A stretch of DNA of 64,000 nt from Bigelowiella natans CCMP2755 (Eukaryota > Protista > Cercozoa). Shown here one piece after another: positions 39,275-51,407 of the stretch. Location: NCBI GenBank assembly GCA_000320545.1, contig ADNK01001014.1:66981-130980 (forward strand). The letters are read 5' to 3'. The first letter of the stretch is position 1. The number at the start of each line of letters is the position of its first letter. Under the pieces are notes generated by a model, which did not search any database, was not told the origin of the DNA, and was given only the letters and a program-made list of their open reading frames with translations. Made by a program: the position numbers and the translations under genes.

Positions 39275-39373
39275 GCAGCTTGTCCATCGCTTCCGATCCC
39301 GTGGTCGTGCTCGACTTTGCGGCACATTGTCATTGTAGCTGCTGGTGCCTTCTTTTCCGTAGCTACCTAGCTA
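39275..39373 (-). pseudogene. Decayed ~90-bp copy of C2H2-gene coding sequence (41485-41572) in the intergenic spacer
   Basis: gcagcttgtccatcgctt...cccgtggtcgt(a/g)ctcgactttgcggca...ttgtcat...agctg...gtgccttcttttcc(a/g)tagctacc..agcta aligns directly, with small insertions. Confidence 0.85.
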
Positions 39374-40121
39374 TCCACACAACTGTCAACGCTGTGTGCA
39401 ACTTGCGTACGTGCTAGCGTGCGCTCATCATGCTCCCCACAGCTCCAATCGTTCATGCGACGCACGCTTGCAAACGTGTCCAAGTGTCACTGCGAGACGG
39501 ATGTGCCGTGCACAATGAATTGACTAAACATTTTCAGCATCGTGTCGCATCGTACTAGCAGAGTAGTCATCCATGAGACATCCTGATGTGGGTTGTGCAA
39601 AGCAGCACAGCAGCGGCTACAGTGTGTCTAGTTGTGTCAGGCATTTGTGTGCACACTGTGCATTGCATTGATGTCACATTCCACCAGCATGCGCCTGGAT
39701 CTAGCATCGTAGGCTTGCAGACAACTAATTTTTGTGGAGCATAGCTGCATTGCATGCGCCATTGAAGAGCCACCGCTAGACCGGAAGCAATGCAAAGCTA
39801 GAAAGGCGCTGCGGCGTTGTCCTGGCCGATCTAGCGATGCTACGCATGTAGCACACGCACTTGTTACACATAAGATATGCATCCATATGTTGTAAAGCTA
39901 TAAGAAAGAATAGCTGGATCTCTGAATTTTAGATTAGCCGCCATTCTAGTACTGCATGATGCCAATACTGCTCTGAATGTGCGTAACAATGCACATGAAC
40001 CAGATAATCATTGCGTGTTAATTTAGGATTTTAGTAACAAAGGACGCACATTACAGAAGTAAAACGAAAAATACTGTCAGAGTTAGGTTTGCATTGGTAA
40101 CTGGGATGACACCCACCATGC

Positions 40122-42184
40122 TTATGGTTGTTGAGTTGGAACTGTGTCAGTAACAGACGCTACTGCTGGTGTGCTACTTGTATTTTCGGAGCTTGGTGTT
40201 GTTGTAGTTGTCGTAGTGGTGGTAGTGGTGGTGGTGGTGGTGGCATTTGTTTTAGGGGTTTCAGCAGCAGCAGCTGCAGTGCCAATGCTTGCTGAAGGAA
40301 CTGGTGTTCCTGCAACTGTAGTAGCTGCTACAATTACTGCTGCTCCAGTCGGTGCTGGCGGTGGTGGCGGTGGCTGTGGCGGGCCTACTACTGCTGCTGC
40401 CGCGGCAGCCGCAGCTGCTGTGGAGGGGGCGGCTGCAATTGCTGATGGTCCTGTAAGGGCAGTTCCCACAGCAGTCCCTCCGCTAGTATTATTACCAGAT
40501 GATGTTATTGGAGGAATTATGGCGGGCTTTCTCCCTTTTTTGTGCACATTCTTGTGGCGTTTTAGGTTAGTAGCCTGAGCGAAACCTCTGCCGCACTCAG
40601 AGCAGACATACGGCTTCTCACCGGTGTGAGTCCGCAAATGGGTAATGACGTTTGAACGAGCTGAGAAAATTCTGTGGCAGACGAGGCATTGATACTTCAG
40701 ATTTATGCGGCCTGTAGCCTGGTTCAGCATCGGTACTTTTTCGTAAAGCATATCTGGCGTTCTTTGCGCGAGTTGTGAAGGATCCAAAGGCGCTCTTTGA
40801 GTAGGAGGACGGACTAAACGAATAGGTTGGTACAAGGGATTGTACATTCCGGGTTGCGGTTGCTGTTGCTGTTGCTGCCTCTGTTGAGGGTTAAAGTTCG
40901 AATGGTGACCTTGCACAACAGGAGGCTGGTCTCCTGCTCCGGCCCATGCTCCATATTGGCCATAAGGGAATCCCGGGTGATAACCACCCGCCAGCTGTGG
41001 TGCCATTGTCTTGGCCCCCTTGTTCGCTGCTGTCGTTGCTCCTGTCGTAGTACCAGAACTTGTAGTTTGGTTCGAGTCCGGTGAGGGTTTAGCTACCGGC
41101 TGGCCGTCCTTTTTCTCTTCAGTCTTCTCTGGTTTACTACCGCTAGAACCTGTAGGTGTATTTTCGCCCTTCAAAGACTTGTTCTCAGGTCCAGCACTGG
41201 CGCTAGCAGCAGCCGTCGCTGAACCTTGGGGAGAGAGCGCAGCTTGAGGGTGTGGCTGCATCGGCCAGTAGTACATCCCATTGTTATAGGGCACCCCCCC
41301 TTGCATCGGATGGTACACGGGCATCCTGGCCATATTTGCCATCCCCGTTGGTTGAGGACGCATTTGCTGCATGAATTGAGGCGGCTGCATCGGAAAAACC
41401 CCAATCTGACCTGGAATCATCTGATTTTGATGCTGCATCTGCTGTTGTGTCGCTCCCGTCTCAACAGGCTTTTTGGTATTTGAAGCAGCTTGTCCATCGC
41501 TTCCCGTGGTCGTACTCGACTTTGCGGCATTGTCATCAGCTGGTGCCTTCTTTTCCATAGCTACCCCAGCTACTTTTGCGGTACTATTTGCGCCGGCCAG
41601 GTTATTCGGGGCTACATTTGGTTGTGGGAGCTGCTGAAGCTGGTAGTGTATACCTGCCGCTGCTGCCGGGTTTGTTTGATAACCCTGATAAGGATACGGC
41701 TGGCCAAATTGAGGGTGTGGAGCAAATTGCTGAAAGCCCATCACAGGAGGACCCGGGTGGTACATACCCTGCATTGGACCGCCGTTCCCAAACATAGCTG
41801 GGTGTGTATATTGCGGGTGTACCTGGATTATTGGAGTTTGCATCTGCTGGGCCTTTGGAGCTTCTGATCCATCAACAGGTTTCGAAGATGGATCAGGATT
41901 CGTTTTGATTCGTGCTTGTTTGGTTGCTTCTTTATCCTTACTCGAACCGAGAGCCTCCCCAGCATCTGAAATACAAACAGTTCATCTCTTGGGAAGCACA
42001 TATTTTGCGTACCCGTACCTCTTTTCTTGCCGCGTGAATCTTTGTCATCGCTGGGCGAAGAATCTGTGTTTACTTTAGTGTTGTCATCCGTTTTCACATT
42101 CGCCTCTGCAGCCTCTTTCGATTCCTCTTTTTTTGTGGTGTTCATCCCAGCTTCTGAGCTGGCAGCTTCATCGCTCTTTCCCAT
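40122..42184 (-). CDS. Two-finger C2H2 zinc-finger transcription factor with Q/P/G/A-rich low-complexity regions; one intron (~41966-42018)
   Basis: YQCLVCHRIFSARSNVITHLRTHTGEKPYVCSECGRGFAQATNLKRHKNVH (canonical TGEKP linker). Exon 1 (ATG 42184) joins ORF 40122-41843 in frame. Confidence 0.92.
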
Positions 42185-43383
42185 CGCAGACCCGAACTGC
42201 TTCTCTCAGCGGTGCCTACGGTGAAGAACATTAATCATTAGTGTTCCACCCAAGCGATATTTGTCCACGATAATAGATAGCTTGGCGACTCACCCGCTAG
42301 TTGCTGGCACGGCACCGAGAGGGAGGAGTGAAATCGACTAGTGCCTAGTTGAATGCTGACTTCCTTGTTCCTATTCTAGAGCAGCCAAGATCTAATAATA
42401 AGACTCATATGTTTTCATTGGATTTCTGCTAAATTATTTTTTTGCCTTCCTGATGCCCATTATTTTTAGTCGGAATTTGATTATCAACCCATATGAGCGT
42501 ACACTTCGTTCGTAGTGGCATGAATTGGCACTTACTTTTATTTTCGGATGGATAAAGGTTACCGGGAATCAAATAGAATGTCGTAAGATCTTATAATATA
42601 TACTTGAGACAACTTCGAATCAGTAATCTGCAGCAAAATGTAATGCTGTTTGTCAATCTGTTCTTTCTAAAACGAAGATCTTGCGACTAAATTAAGGTTC
42701 TTGAGGAATGTCAGATATCGCAACCTCAGTTGCTATAGAAGTTCGTGATTCCTTTCAGCCTCACAATTCATACTTATCATATCCAAATTCTATTAATTCT
42801 TGCCTAAATTTTAGATATAAGTATCCGATATCCGTGAAATATTACAAAAAAGGCTCTGATTCCGAAGAAAAATATTTTATGAATGAATTCAATTTATCTG
42901 AAAAATATGTCCAGAGTTAGATTCTTGTTTTAGATGGATAAACATTTACGATTTATCAGATTTGAACTGCATAACCTGGTAGATCTTCCAATTATGAAGC
43001 ACATTACGTGCTTCTTTAGGAATATTATGAAACGTAAAATATCTGAAAGAACCATTTTTAATAACCGACAAACTACGGTGTTTGGAAAGGCACGTTTAGC
43101 GCCTTCAATTCTATGTGTTTCCATAGATTTCCGATGAGTCGAAAATGATCTAGATGTGCATCCAACGACTGCATTGGAACCAGGTCGCATCCATTAAACA
43201 TTTTTCTTTTTCAACTTCCATATGGATTTCAATCCGAACTTCCATACGAACCATCTTTTGATTGATTATTTAGGAGGAAAACAACATGCGACAAGTCATT
43301 ATATTGATTTTATAACAAAAAACCAGCGATCGAAGATAACAAACGTGAAAAATTCATAATCCATTACAGGTGTTTTTATACAC

Positions 43384-44189
43384 ATGCGTTCCTTTCTCTA
43401 TCGTCAAAGATCCGCAACCCGTTGTGCACTTCTGTGTGGCAACATCGCTTTATCATCACGGGGAGGACCACGTGTTAAGCCCTCCTACCGCTTCCTATGC
43501 CAGCAGACATCTGGTGGTGAACAAGCTTCTAACAGCATGATTGCAGCGAAGGCACTATACGCTATCACGGGAGGTGCGATCGGCTTTGCTGTCGCATCGG
43601 TATTTAGAGAGCAAAAATACAGAAATAGTGACCCAAAGCATCATTTCAACGCTGATGAAGCCAAGATGGGGCATGCGACTACTGTGGATAAGTCGCTCTT
43701 GCGTAAATTTGGTGACAAAAACTACGTGTATCGGGTAGCATTAACTGGGGGTCCTTGTGGAGGGAAAAGTTCAAGCCTCAAGGTCTTCTTAATCCTGATA
43801 ATTATGCATTCTGTCCGCTTTACCAAATCTGTTTCCTGCGTTATCAAAATTTTAGGCATTCTCCAAAGAACTATCTAGTCGCGGATTTGACGTTTATCGT
43901 GCGCCTGAGGTAGATAAGGGCAAACATCAGTAGGCCTTATAGCCTCTTAGAATAATGTTTTAGGTGCCTACCCTTCTCATGAATGGCGGCTGTAGCTATC
44001 CCGGGATTGATGGTAATATTTCATTCCCTTGGATATGAAAGGAAAACAATCAGATACATGACGGACATAATATTTTCTCATAATTCTTCTTTGTTCCGCT
44101 CTCCCCCGCCTTTTTTTGTAGGTGGTGAGAAGTTGTTCCAATTCGAATCACATCTTATGGATTTGCAGGTTTTATATTCTAGATATTTT

Positions 44190-44227
<38 letters not shown>

Positions 44228-45419
44228 TATGTCTGTGTATGTGCGTGTGTAGAATTTGCATAGTTGATTCCGAGAAATTTGTTATCGTGTAGCTCCAGAC
44301 AGAGCGCTCTTTCGTGGGTATCGCACAATCCACAGAAAGACCTTCTGTTCTTGTCATGGACAGAGGTGATACATCGCTCGCTCTCTCTCTCTCTCGCTCT
44401 CTCTCTCTCTCTTTTAAAAACATATGTGGCATTACTTAACAAGCGTTGTGTGACCATCCGTCTCATCGTATCATACCACAAAATAATATTGCCCTCCTTT
44501 ATCCCCTTCTTTTGTTAAGGTCTCCTTGATATCGCGGCGTATATCCCTCGCAAGGAGTGGAAAGAGGTTGCCGCGCTAATCCGAGTCACAGGCTTTGCTC
44601 CTGATGACAGCGATGATGATAAAGAAGTTACGATGACGATGATACAATATTGACATGGTTGGCTTGGCGAAGGATAGAATTTCCATTTCTCTGTGATTTT
44701 ATAGTATGTTTGAAAGTTGCTAAAGTTTACAAAACTAAAGCTACTGGTATCACTATATAGATCCTTAATAGAAAGGGCCTGACTGAGGAGCAGTTACTGG
44801 GAAGGTGGCTGCTACAGTGTATTGTTTCCGAGAATAATGACTAGTTTCACTGTATTGTAAAGGTTATTGCACGTTGGGGTGATGATTTCATCAGATATAG
44901 TGCTCACAATATCACAATTTCTACTCACTCGCCGCTCATGGAAACAAAAACTCCAGGTATGATATGGTGCTACATCTGGTCACAGCGGCTGACGGCGCGG
45001 AGAAGTTCTATACGACGGCCAATAATAAAGTATGATTAGGATTTTGAATACATACTACTAAATATAAATGTAGCTGATGTAAGATAGACGCCTTACAGTA
45101 GGAGAATGTAAAAGTACCTCCTTTAATCTGATGATGATGGCTGTTTCAGGCTCGCCGTGAGACCGTAGAGGAAGCACGTGCTCTGGACAAAAAGATGGTT
45201 GGATGCTGGGGCCAACATCCTCATCACCACGTTATCGACAACAGGTGAACGAATCAATGACTAAATCATGGTTTCTAGATTTTGTAAGTTTTTGGTGATT
45301 TGACAAGAGCCTAATTCGCACCTTTTTGAACCTCGCTAAATAAATTTAGCACGGACTTTAAAGGAAAACTTGCGCGAGCTACATCAGCTGTGATATCCAT
45401 GATTGAAAGGAGGGAATAG
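43384..45419 (+). CDS. TTD14-like / AAA_28 (NadR-type) P-loop NTPase
   Basis: YRVALTGGPCGGKSS, VPTLLMNGG, VMDRGLLDIAAY, RYDMVLHLVTAADGAEKFYTTANNKARRETVEEARALD, WGQHPHHHVIDNSTDFKGK; Arg-rich presequence + hydrophobic segment. Confidence 0.88.
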
Positions 45420-45931
45420 AGTAACAGCGTGTAAGAGTGTCCAGATAGAAGACGTAGTTCTACTCGATATTTTTACGTGCGCGTAACTAAATCGTATCGG
45501 ATGCAATCTCGGCATGGTGACAAATTGGATTTGTAGTGTGGTATTGCGTGGTATATTACATAGTATGAAAGTTATCCACTGGGTTATAATGACCAACGTA
45601 ATCTATCTATGCTGCAACGCTCAGCAAAACTGCCTTGTGGATGCTCGCATGTACGTACTTGTGTACAAGCAAAATTAGTGCGCACTGCGCAACGCAGACG
45701 GGAATCGAATGAACGAGCAAGTGATGTCATTGGGCATGCATGCATGACATCATGAGAAATTTAGAAACACATAATCTATAATAATGTCGTACGCAAGCCG
45801 AGAAACGCAATCTGTGTGAATGCAGACGAAGCAGAATTATACGCACTAAGCAACATCCGTGCGTAGGCACACAGCAACAACACTGAATTGGTAATAGCCG
45901 AAACAAACGTAATACAAACAGCACGCAACAC

Positions 45932-46470
45932 AGCCGCCGCTTTGCATAGCTACATTAGGATGGCTGCAATAAGTATTAGAATCATTCCATTACATCCGTC
46001 TTATGCCGCCGCGTAACTTTTCAAAAAAAGACGGATGTAAGGAAATAATTACACGCTTTCAGTGGTCATCCTAATGTAGTTATGCAGAGCGACGGCGACG
46101 GCTACTGCGCTAAAAAAGAAACACAACTCTCTTTACGTGTAGTTGCAAAAGCATATCGATCAATAGTTAGATGACACATTGTGAGCTACATAGGGATGAC
46201 CATTGAACAAATTTAATTGATTAAATACATCCGTCTTACATTGTGAGTTCCGCGTACACAAGTAAAGAGACACATACACGTATGTATCTCACTTACTTTT
46301 ATGTTTCTTCGTTTTTACAATGATGATGGGTTCCACCATGCTGGCAAAAGCATGTGCTGTGTCACGTATATAATGTACTAGGGACTGTCTGTGCGTCTAT
46401 CGCTAGACTGTGTGCTATTTATATGTGCGGTGTACTGCCGCTGCTTTACATAGATACATTAGGATGATCA
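45932..46470. repeat. Cluster of four copies of the ~80-bp inverted-repeat arm (45932-46004, 46028-46111, 46184-46238, 46427-46470)
   Basis: Core agctacattaggatg(a/g)c...tacatccgtctt, or its reverse complement, shared with 5735-5952 (the last copy is truncated). Confidence 0.8.
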
Positions 46471-48759
46471 AATGCTGTCCTCCTCCGGAGAAATAGATCG
46501 TTTTCTTTCTATTCCATGAAGCAGCTGCTCGAACGCCTCCCCGTTTTGTCTATGCTTGCCGGGCTCTGGTTTGTTTTTCACGGATTCACTTTCAACTTCC
46601 TGTGTCTTTGAAATATTTTGATTTTTATTTTTAAATGGAGTCATTATTTCTGCATTTTCTTCTTTTTTTTCCTGTACTTCTCCTTTTTGTTCCTGATTTC
46701 TTTGGTTTACTTCAGAGTTAGGGTCAACGAAATAAGCGTCTTCTTCAAGGCTTTGAGGGTTCGCGCCCGGAGAAATAGATCGTTTTCTTTCTGGGAAAGG
46801 AAGCAGCCCTTTCATAGGATTTGCAAATATCCCACCAATTCCTGAATCTCTTCTTAAGGCAGTTTTGTCTTCATCCTCCGTCATTTTAATCCAATGAGAA
46901 AATCCTTTAGACATGTGATGTTTATCCATAGTTATCAAATCATTATGCCTTATGCTGTTGTTGGCCGTCCGCGTGCCGTTGAGATAGTAGCGAAGAACCT
47001 TACTGAATATCTCGGGGTCCTCGTTGAAACTATGCACAATTCCCCTTCTTCGGTTAGAGAACTCGGAAAAATATCTAAACAAACGTGTGTTTCTGAATTT
47101 GGGTTGGAGGAAGGTCCCCAAGGTGTATACAAAACGCTTGCCTCCTGCCTCCATGATGACGTCCATATCCTGATTCTTGAAGGCGACCGGATGAAATTCA
47201 AATTTATTTCCCTTCAATCGGAGCTCTATAATGCGCTTGACTTCGGCGAGAGTGGGGGCTGATAGTAAGATGTAATTCTCTTTTCGCTCCTCTCCCGCCT
47301 CCATTGTCCAGTAGTACATTCCGCCTTTCCTTTCTTTCCCGAAACCCTTTTGGTCGTTGATCTTAGAGTCAGGTCCAGGGTCATTGAATATTCGAATTTT
47401 CTTGACAAAAGGCTTCCTCGTATCAGGATGCTGAAGTTTGATATTGTATGTGAAACATCCCTTTTGTCTTGATTGCCGGATGCCAAAGGTACCCAGAGGA
47501 CATGATGACGGCTGAGGTAGGCCCTCTCTATCAGCAACCTCACGCCGTCGCTTGTCGCCAAAGGGGTCATTACTGTCGTTAGAAACGCTATGATCCCACA
47601 AGAACCACTCTGCGTCTATTACAGCTTTGACTTTTGTAGTGCATTGATCCAATGGGCCAAAATACTGCATGAAAGCGACAAATTCCTCCACAGATACAAC
47701 ATCATCGTTGTTGGGGTCAAGGAGCATTTTGTAGAAGCTACAAATCTTCTCTTTCTCGTTACGATTCTGTACGTTTTTGTCAATTCCTTTGCTTTTAGCA
47801 AGCAATAACTCAATTATTCTTGATACTTTCATTTCAGAGAATTGACCACCGATGTTTGTACGCCAAAACTCGAGAATTTCCTTCAGAGAACGGAGGAACT
47901 GATCTTTGTAGTCTTTGACGAACAACTTTGCATGCCCCTTCGTTACGATTTTCAAATCGTTTTTCTGGTATAGATCCTCAATATATCCTTTAATTGTACC
48001 TTTTAGGCTCTGCCATTCGATTGCGATGTCCGAGTTGCTGCTGATACCATCTCCGTTGTCGGTTTTACTAGTATTATCGTCGTTGTCCTTGAGCTCATAC
48101 GCCTTTTTTAGAACGTTAATTTTGGCTCGAATTGCATAGTGATCCGCCTCGCGCTGGTGCTTCAATATGACTGCGAGGCTTTGCATCTCGTTCTCATCGA
48201 TTTCAGAGACCTGACGTTTATATTTTGCCAAAAGGTTGTCCTTTTTCCATATCTTCGAGATAGTGTCACGATCCGGGTTCCAATCGACGCAAAAATACTT
48301 TACAATTGCTATAATAATAACAATGAGCAAGATGTGCGCTAATCCTAAACGCATTGTCGAATATGCAGCAAAACACAGAGCTCCCCGAGGGTCAAATACC
48401 AGCGGCTTAAGCGGTCGGATGAATTCTACAATGCGTGCAGTTTCTGGCAATGCTTCTTCGGCGTTCTGAAGCTCCCAGACCTTGGATCGAATTCTAAGCA
48501 GGTTCTTCTTCATCCTTTCCAGTTTATTCTTCGTATATTTTGAGTCGTTAAGGTTTGTGTTCCATAGAGTTTCCAATTCCTTGATTCCTTGGTGAGTTCT
48601 TTCTATCTGCTTCAGAATTTTTTCTGTCTCGTCTTCCCCCGTTCCTCCCAGGTTTCCAAAGAGCTCGATCCACATCAATGACTCCAGAATTCCTCCTTTG
48701 GAGGAGCGGCTTCTCCGTTTCCCACCACTGAGCATCCTACGAGTGGGATCGAAGATCAC
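46468..48759 (-). CDS. Near-intronless ~760-aa protein: coiled coil, TM helix, EF-hand+SH2-like unit, BTB/POZ (T1/KCTD-type) domain
   Basis: 763-aa ORF. TM LAHILLIVIIIAIVKYF; DPNNDDVVSVEEFVAFMQYFGP...WF...GTFGIRQS..KGCFTYNIK; VIMEAGGKRF...FNEDPEIFSKVLRYYLNG. A tiny upstream exon (ATG ~48844) is possible. Confidence 0.7.
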   Translation of the reverse strand: MIFDPTRRMLSGGKRRSRSSKGGILESLMWIELFGNLGGTGEDETEKILKQIERTHQGIKELETLWNTNLNDSKYTKNKLERMKKNLLRIRSKVWELQNAEEALPETARIVEFIRPLKPLVFDPRGALCFAAYSTMRLGLAHILLIVIIIAIVKYFCVDWNPDRDTISKIWKKDNLLAKYKRQVSEIDENEMQSLAVILKHQREADHYAIRAKINVLKKAYELKDNDDNTSKTDNGDGISSNSDIAIEWQSLKGTIKGYIEDLYQKNDLKIVTKGHAKLFVKDYKDQFLRSLKEILEFWRTNIGGQFSEMKVSRIIELLLAKSKGIDKNVQNRNEKEKICSFYKMLLDPNNDDVVSVEEFVAFMQYFGPLDQCTTKVKAVIDAEWFLWDHSVSNDSNDPFGDKRRREVADREGLPQPSSCPLGTFGIRQSRQKGCFTYNIKLQHPDTRKPFVKKIRIFNDPGPDSKINDQKGFGKERKGGMYYWTMEAGEERKENYILLSAPTLAEVKRIIELRLKGNKFEFHPVAFKNQDMDVIMEAGGKRFVYTLGTFLQPKFRNTRLFRYFSEFSNRRRGIVHSFNEDPEIFSKVLRYYLNGTRTANNSIRHNDLITMDKHHMSKGFSHWIKMTEDEDKTALRRDSGIGGIFANPMKGLLPFPERKRSISPGANPQSLEEDAYFVDPNSEVNQRNQEQKGEVQEKKEENAEIMTPFKNKNQNISKTQEVESESVKNKPEPGKHRQNGEAFEQLLHGIERKRSISPEEDSI

Positions 48760-49157
48760 TCAGGCAGTATCCACGTTTCAGTTTCAGCACTAAACATCTC
48801 CACGAAGTTACGTCGTATGCCCAGCACCCCAAAATACCTTTCATTTTGGTTCTAAAACAAATCTGTAGGCATGTCGCACATTACTAGACCTAGTTATTAA
48901 TTATTAAGATTTTCGTCACGGATGGACGCCATCATGTCGATTCTGCTTTTCGCAGACCCGACTGAGCGCTGACGCAGCTGTAATTTCCATGCCGTTTTGT
49001 GACCGTCAACATTGTTGTTGGACTCAGGAGATGAACGGCTTCGAATTTATCCTGAGCGACTTCTCTTCGGCCAAGTCGCAGCAAGGAATATGCCAATTTC
49101 CTACTGCTCCTGCTCACGAGGAAAGGCCAACCTACCCCACCCCACGTGGCTGGCCGG

Positions 49158-51359
49158 ATGAGGAAACTGCAGCGGCGTCGTGGCTGCGCACATCAGGACA
49201 CGATGTTATCATCATTCGTGCTAGCAGCTTGTATCGTCATGAGTGAGATTCATTTTCGCTTCTTCATGCACGAAAGGCGCCTTGGTACACCTTGTGCTAT
49301 GAGCAAAATCGCGACGACGAGGCCAGCAATGACACGGAAAAGGAGCGGCCTTCGATCTTCCATGCCATCGTTGTTGCAGACTCGCTGCGAGAAAACGAAT
49401 TCTGATCAAATTTTGAGGCGAATGCCCAGGTCTCTACTCGATGGCAGCAGCAGCAACAGCAGCACTCGTAGGGGTATAGGATCCCTGTATGGCCCTGAAA
49501 GACGACTGACAATGTCCTCCGAGTACGAACAAGTTCCGCCAAAGGGAATCGTGGAATTCATTCGGAACAGTTTCTTTATCGTCAAGAGACAGTAATAATA
49601 GGCTCTCTCTGAATAACAAGAAGAAAGAGAGAGACGATGACCTAGAATTTACAAAACGCAACCGACGACCAAACTACACATCACTGCCCTTGATAATAAC
49701 GACAACGATACTACGACGATCATATCTATAGTCATACTCCGAGTTCGAACAATAACTGTACAGTGAGGCAATAAATGCCGTATATTATAAGTATGAAGCA
49801 AGAGGTATCCTCTAGTTCTGAGCAAGATACCCATCTATTGATGAATGGGTGCACGAGTTGTCACATGTTTCTTATTCTTCGTGAATGCACCAGGAAACCG
49901 ACTCAGCGTAGTCTGAGGTCATACGTTATCAACGTTACCGAGTTCACGACGATGGATGTAATAAAACTAACGGGGTTGATCCCAATGTCAGGGACAACCC
50001 GAGCTCATTGTTGTTTAAAATAAGATCTCACTTCTGCTTCTCCATCAGTATGAGTGCTCAAATATAACTGAAGCTCTGGAAACTAGACGGGACTACGAAT
50101 TAGGTAGTCATTGTAGCAGCAGGACTCGGTAGCGGTGGTGGTGGAAGTGGCAAGAGACCGCAGCCGCGATGTTTTAATCGGAAGGGAAAATAATAGTCAG
50201 AATACCCAAAGAAAAATCATTTAAAGATCATTGAAAGGACGAAGAATGACCCTCATCTTACGTGAGCATGATGATGATCGATCCTGTATTTTATTCGTAG
50301 ATGGGCTGTACTACTCCTTGGGTTTCAGAGCTGCGGTCGTAAGCGTAGATATATTCACGAATAATAGGAGCCAATGTTGCGCATGAAAGTGCTGTTAGTA
50401 GTAACAACCAATGATGGAGGTAGTAACATTAAATGACAGCCGTGACCTTACCGCGAAACCGGAAATCGCCAACGTCGTTTTATCATTGTATATGAAGTGG
50501 AAGCGAGGAGGAAGAATGTAGCATGCTGCTTAAAATGAACCAATCTTCAATTGAGTTTGTTATTCTCGTCATTGTTCCAATATCTTGTACTTTTTTCTTG
50601 CTTTTTCTTGTTTTTCAAGCCATTCCTCCTCCCTCTCCTCCTCCTCCTTCATCTGACAACTATTACCCTTTTTTTCTCGACAGGTTGCGACAATCGTTTA
50701 CTTCATTTTCCCTATTCTTCAACGCATTATAAAGTGTGTGTGTGTGTTTTGTTAGAACATGCAGAATTGGATATATGCGCAATAGTGTTGATTTTCTACG
50801 CGCAAAAAGCACAACGAACTAGGCGTAACACTACATACTTGTCATCGTTGTTCTTCGTTGGAAATAGGGCTATTTTCATCACACGATCCTGTGAACAAAT
50901 GTTACGTGTTGTCACGTTATGGTGTTGAGATAGTTTTCCTCAGTCGTTGCGTCATCATCATCTCCATCATCGTCGACATCATCATCATCATCATCATCAT
51001 CACCATCACCATTATCAGTCCCTCCGTATCTGGCGTCAATATCGATGAGCTGCAGGTACTATTTTTAGAACAACAACAACATAGTAGTAGTAGTAGTAGT
51101 AAAAGCAGTAGTAGTTCCTATCACTATTCTTACTGCTGCTATTATTTTGATAACATTCGTTTTGTCTCAGTATGGTTGTTAGTAGAATCATATTCGTGAG
51201 TTGAGTTGTTTCTATCTACATGCTACTGCTCATATTGATTAAAGAAATTAGATGCTGTATCTAATCTTCTTATCCTCCTCTTTCAAGTTTCCCTGAAACC
51301 TGTTAGCAGAGTTAGTTACACAGGTCTTTTGTCTCTTCCACTCTCTCTCTCTTTCTCTT

Positions 51360-51407
<48 letters not shown>

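Noticed and set aside
42184-48961. Shared 12-mer tcgcagacccga near the starts of the C2H2 and SH2-BTB genes
   Set aside because: Isolated 12-mer matches are expected many times in 64 kb; no flanking similarity.
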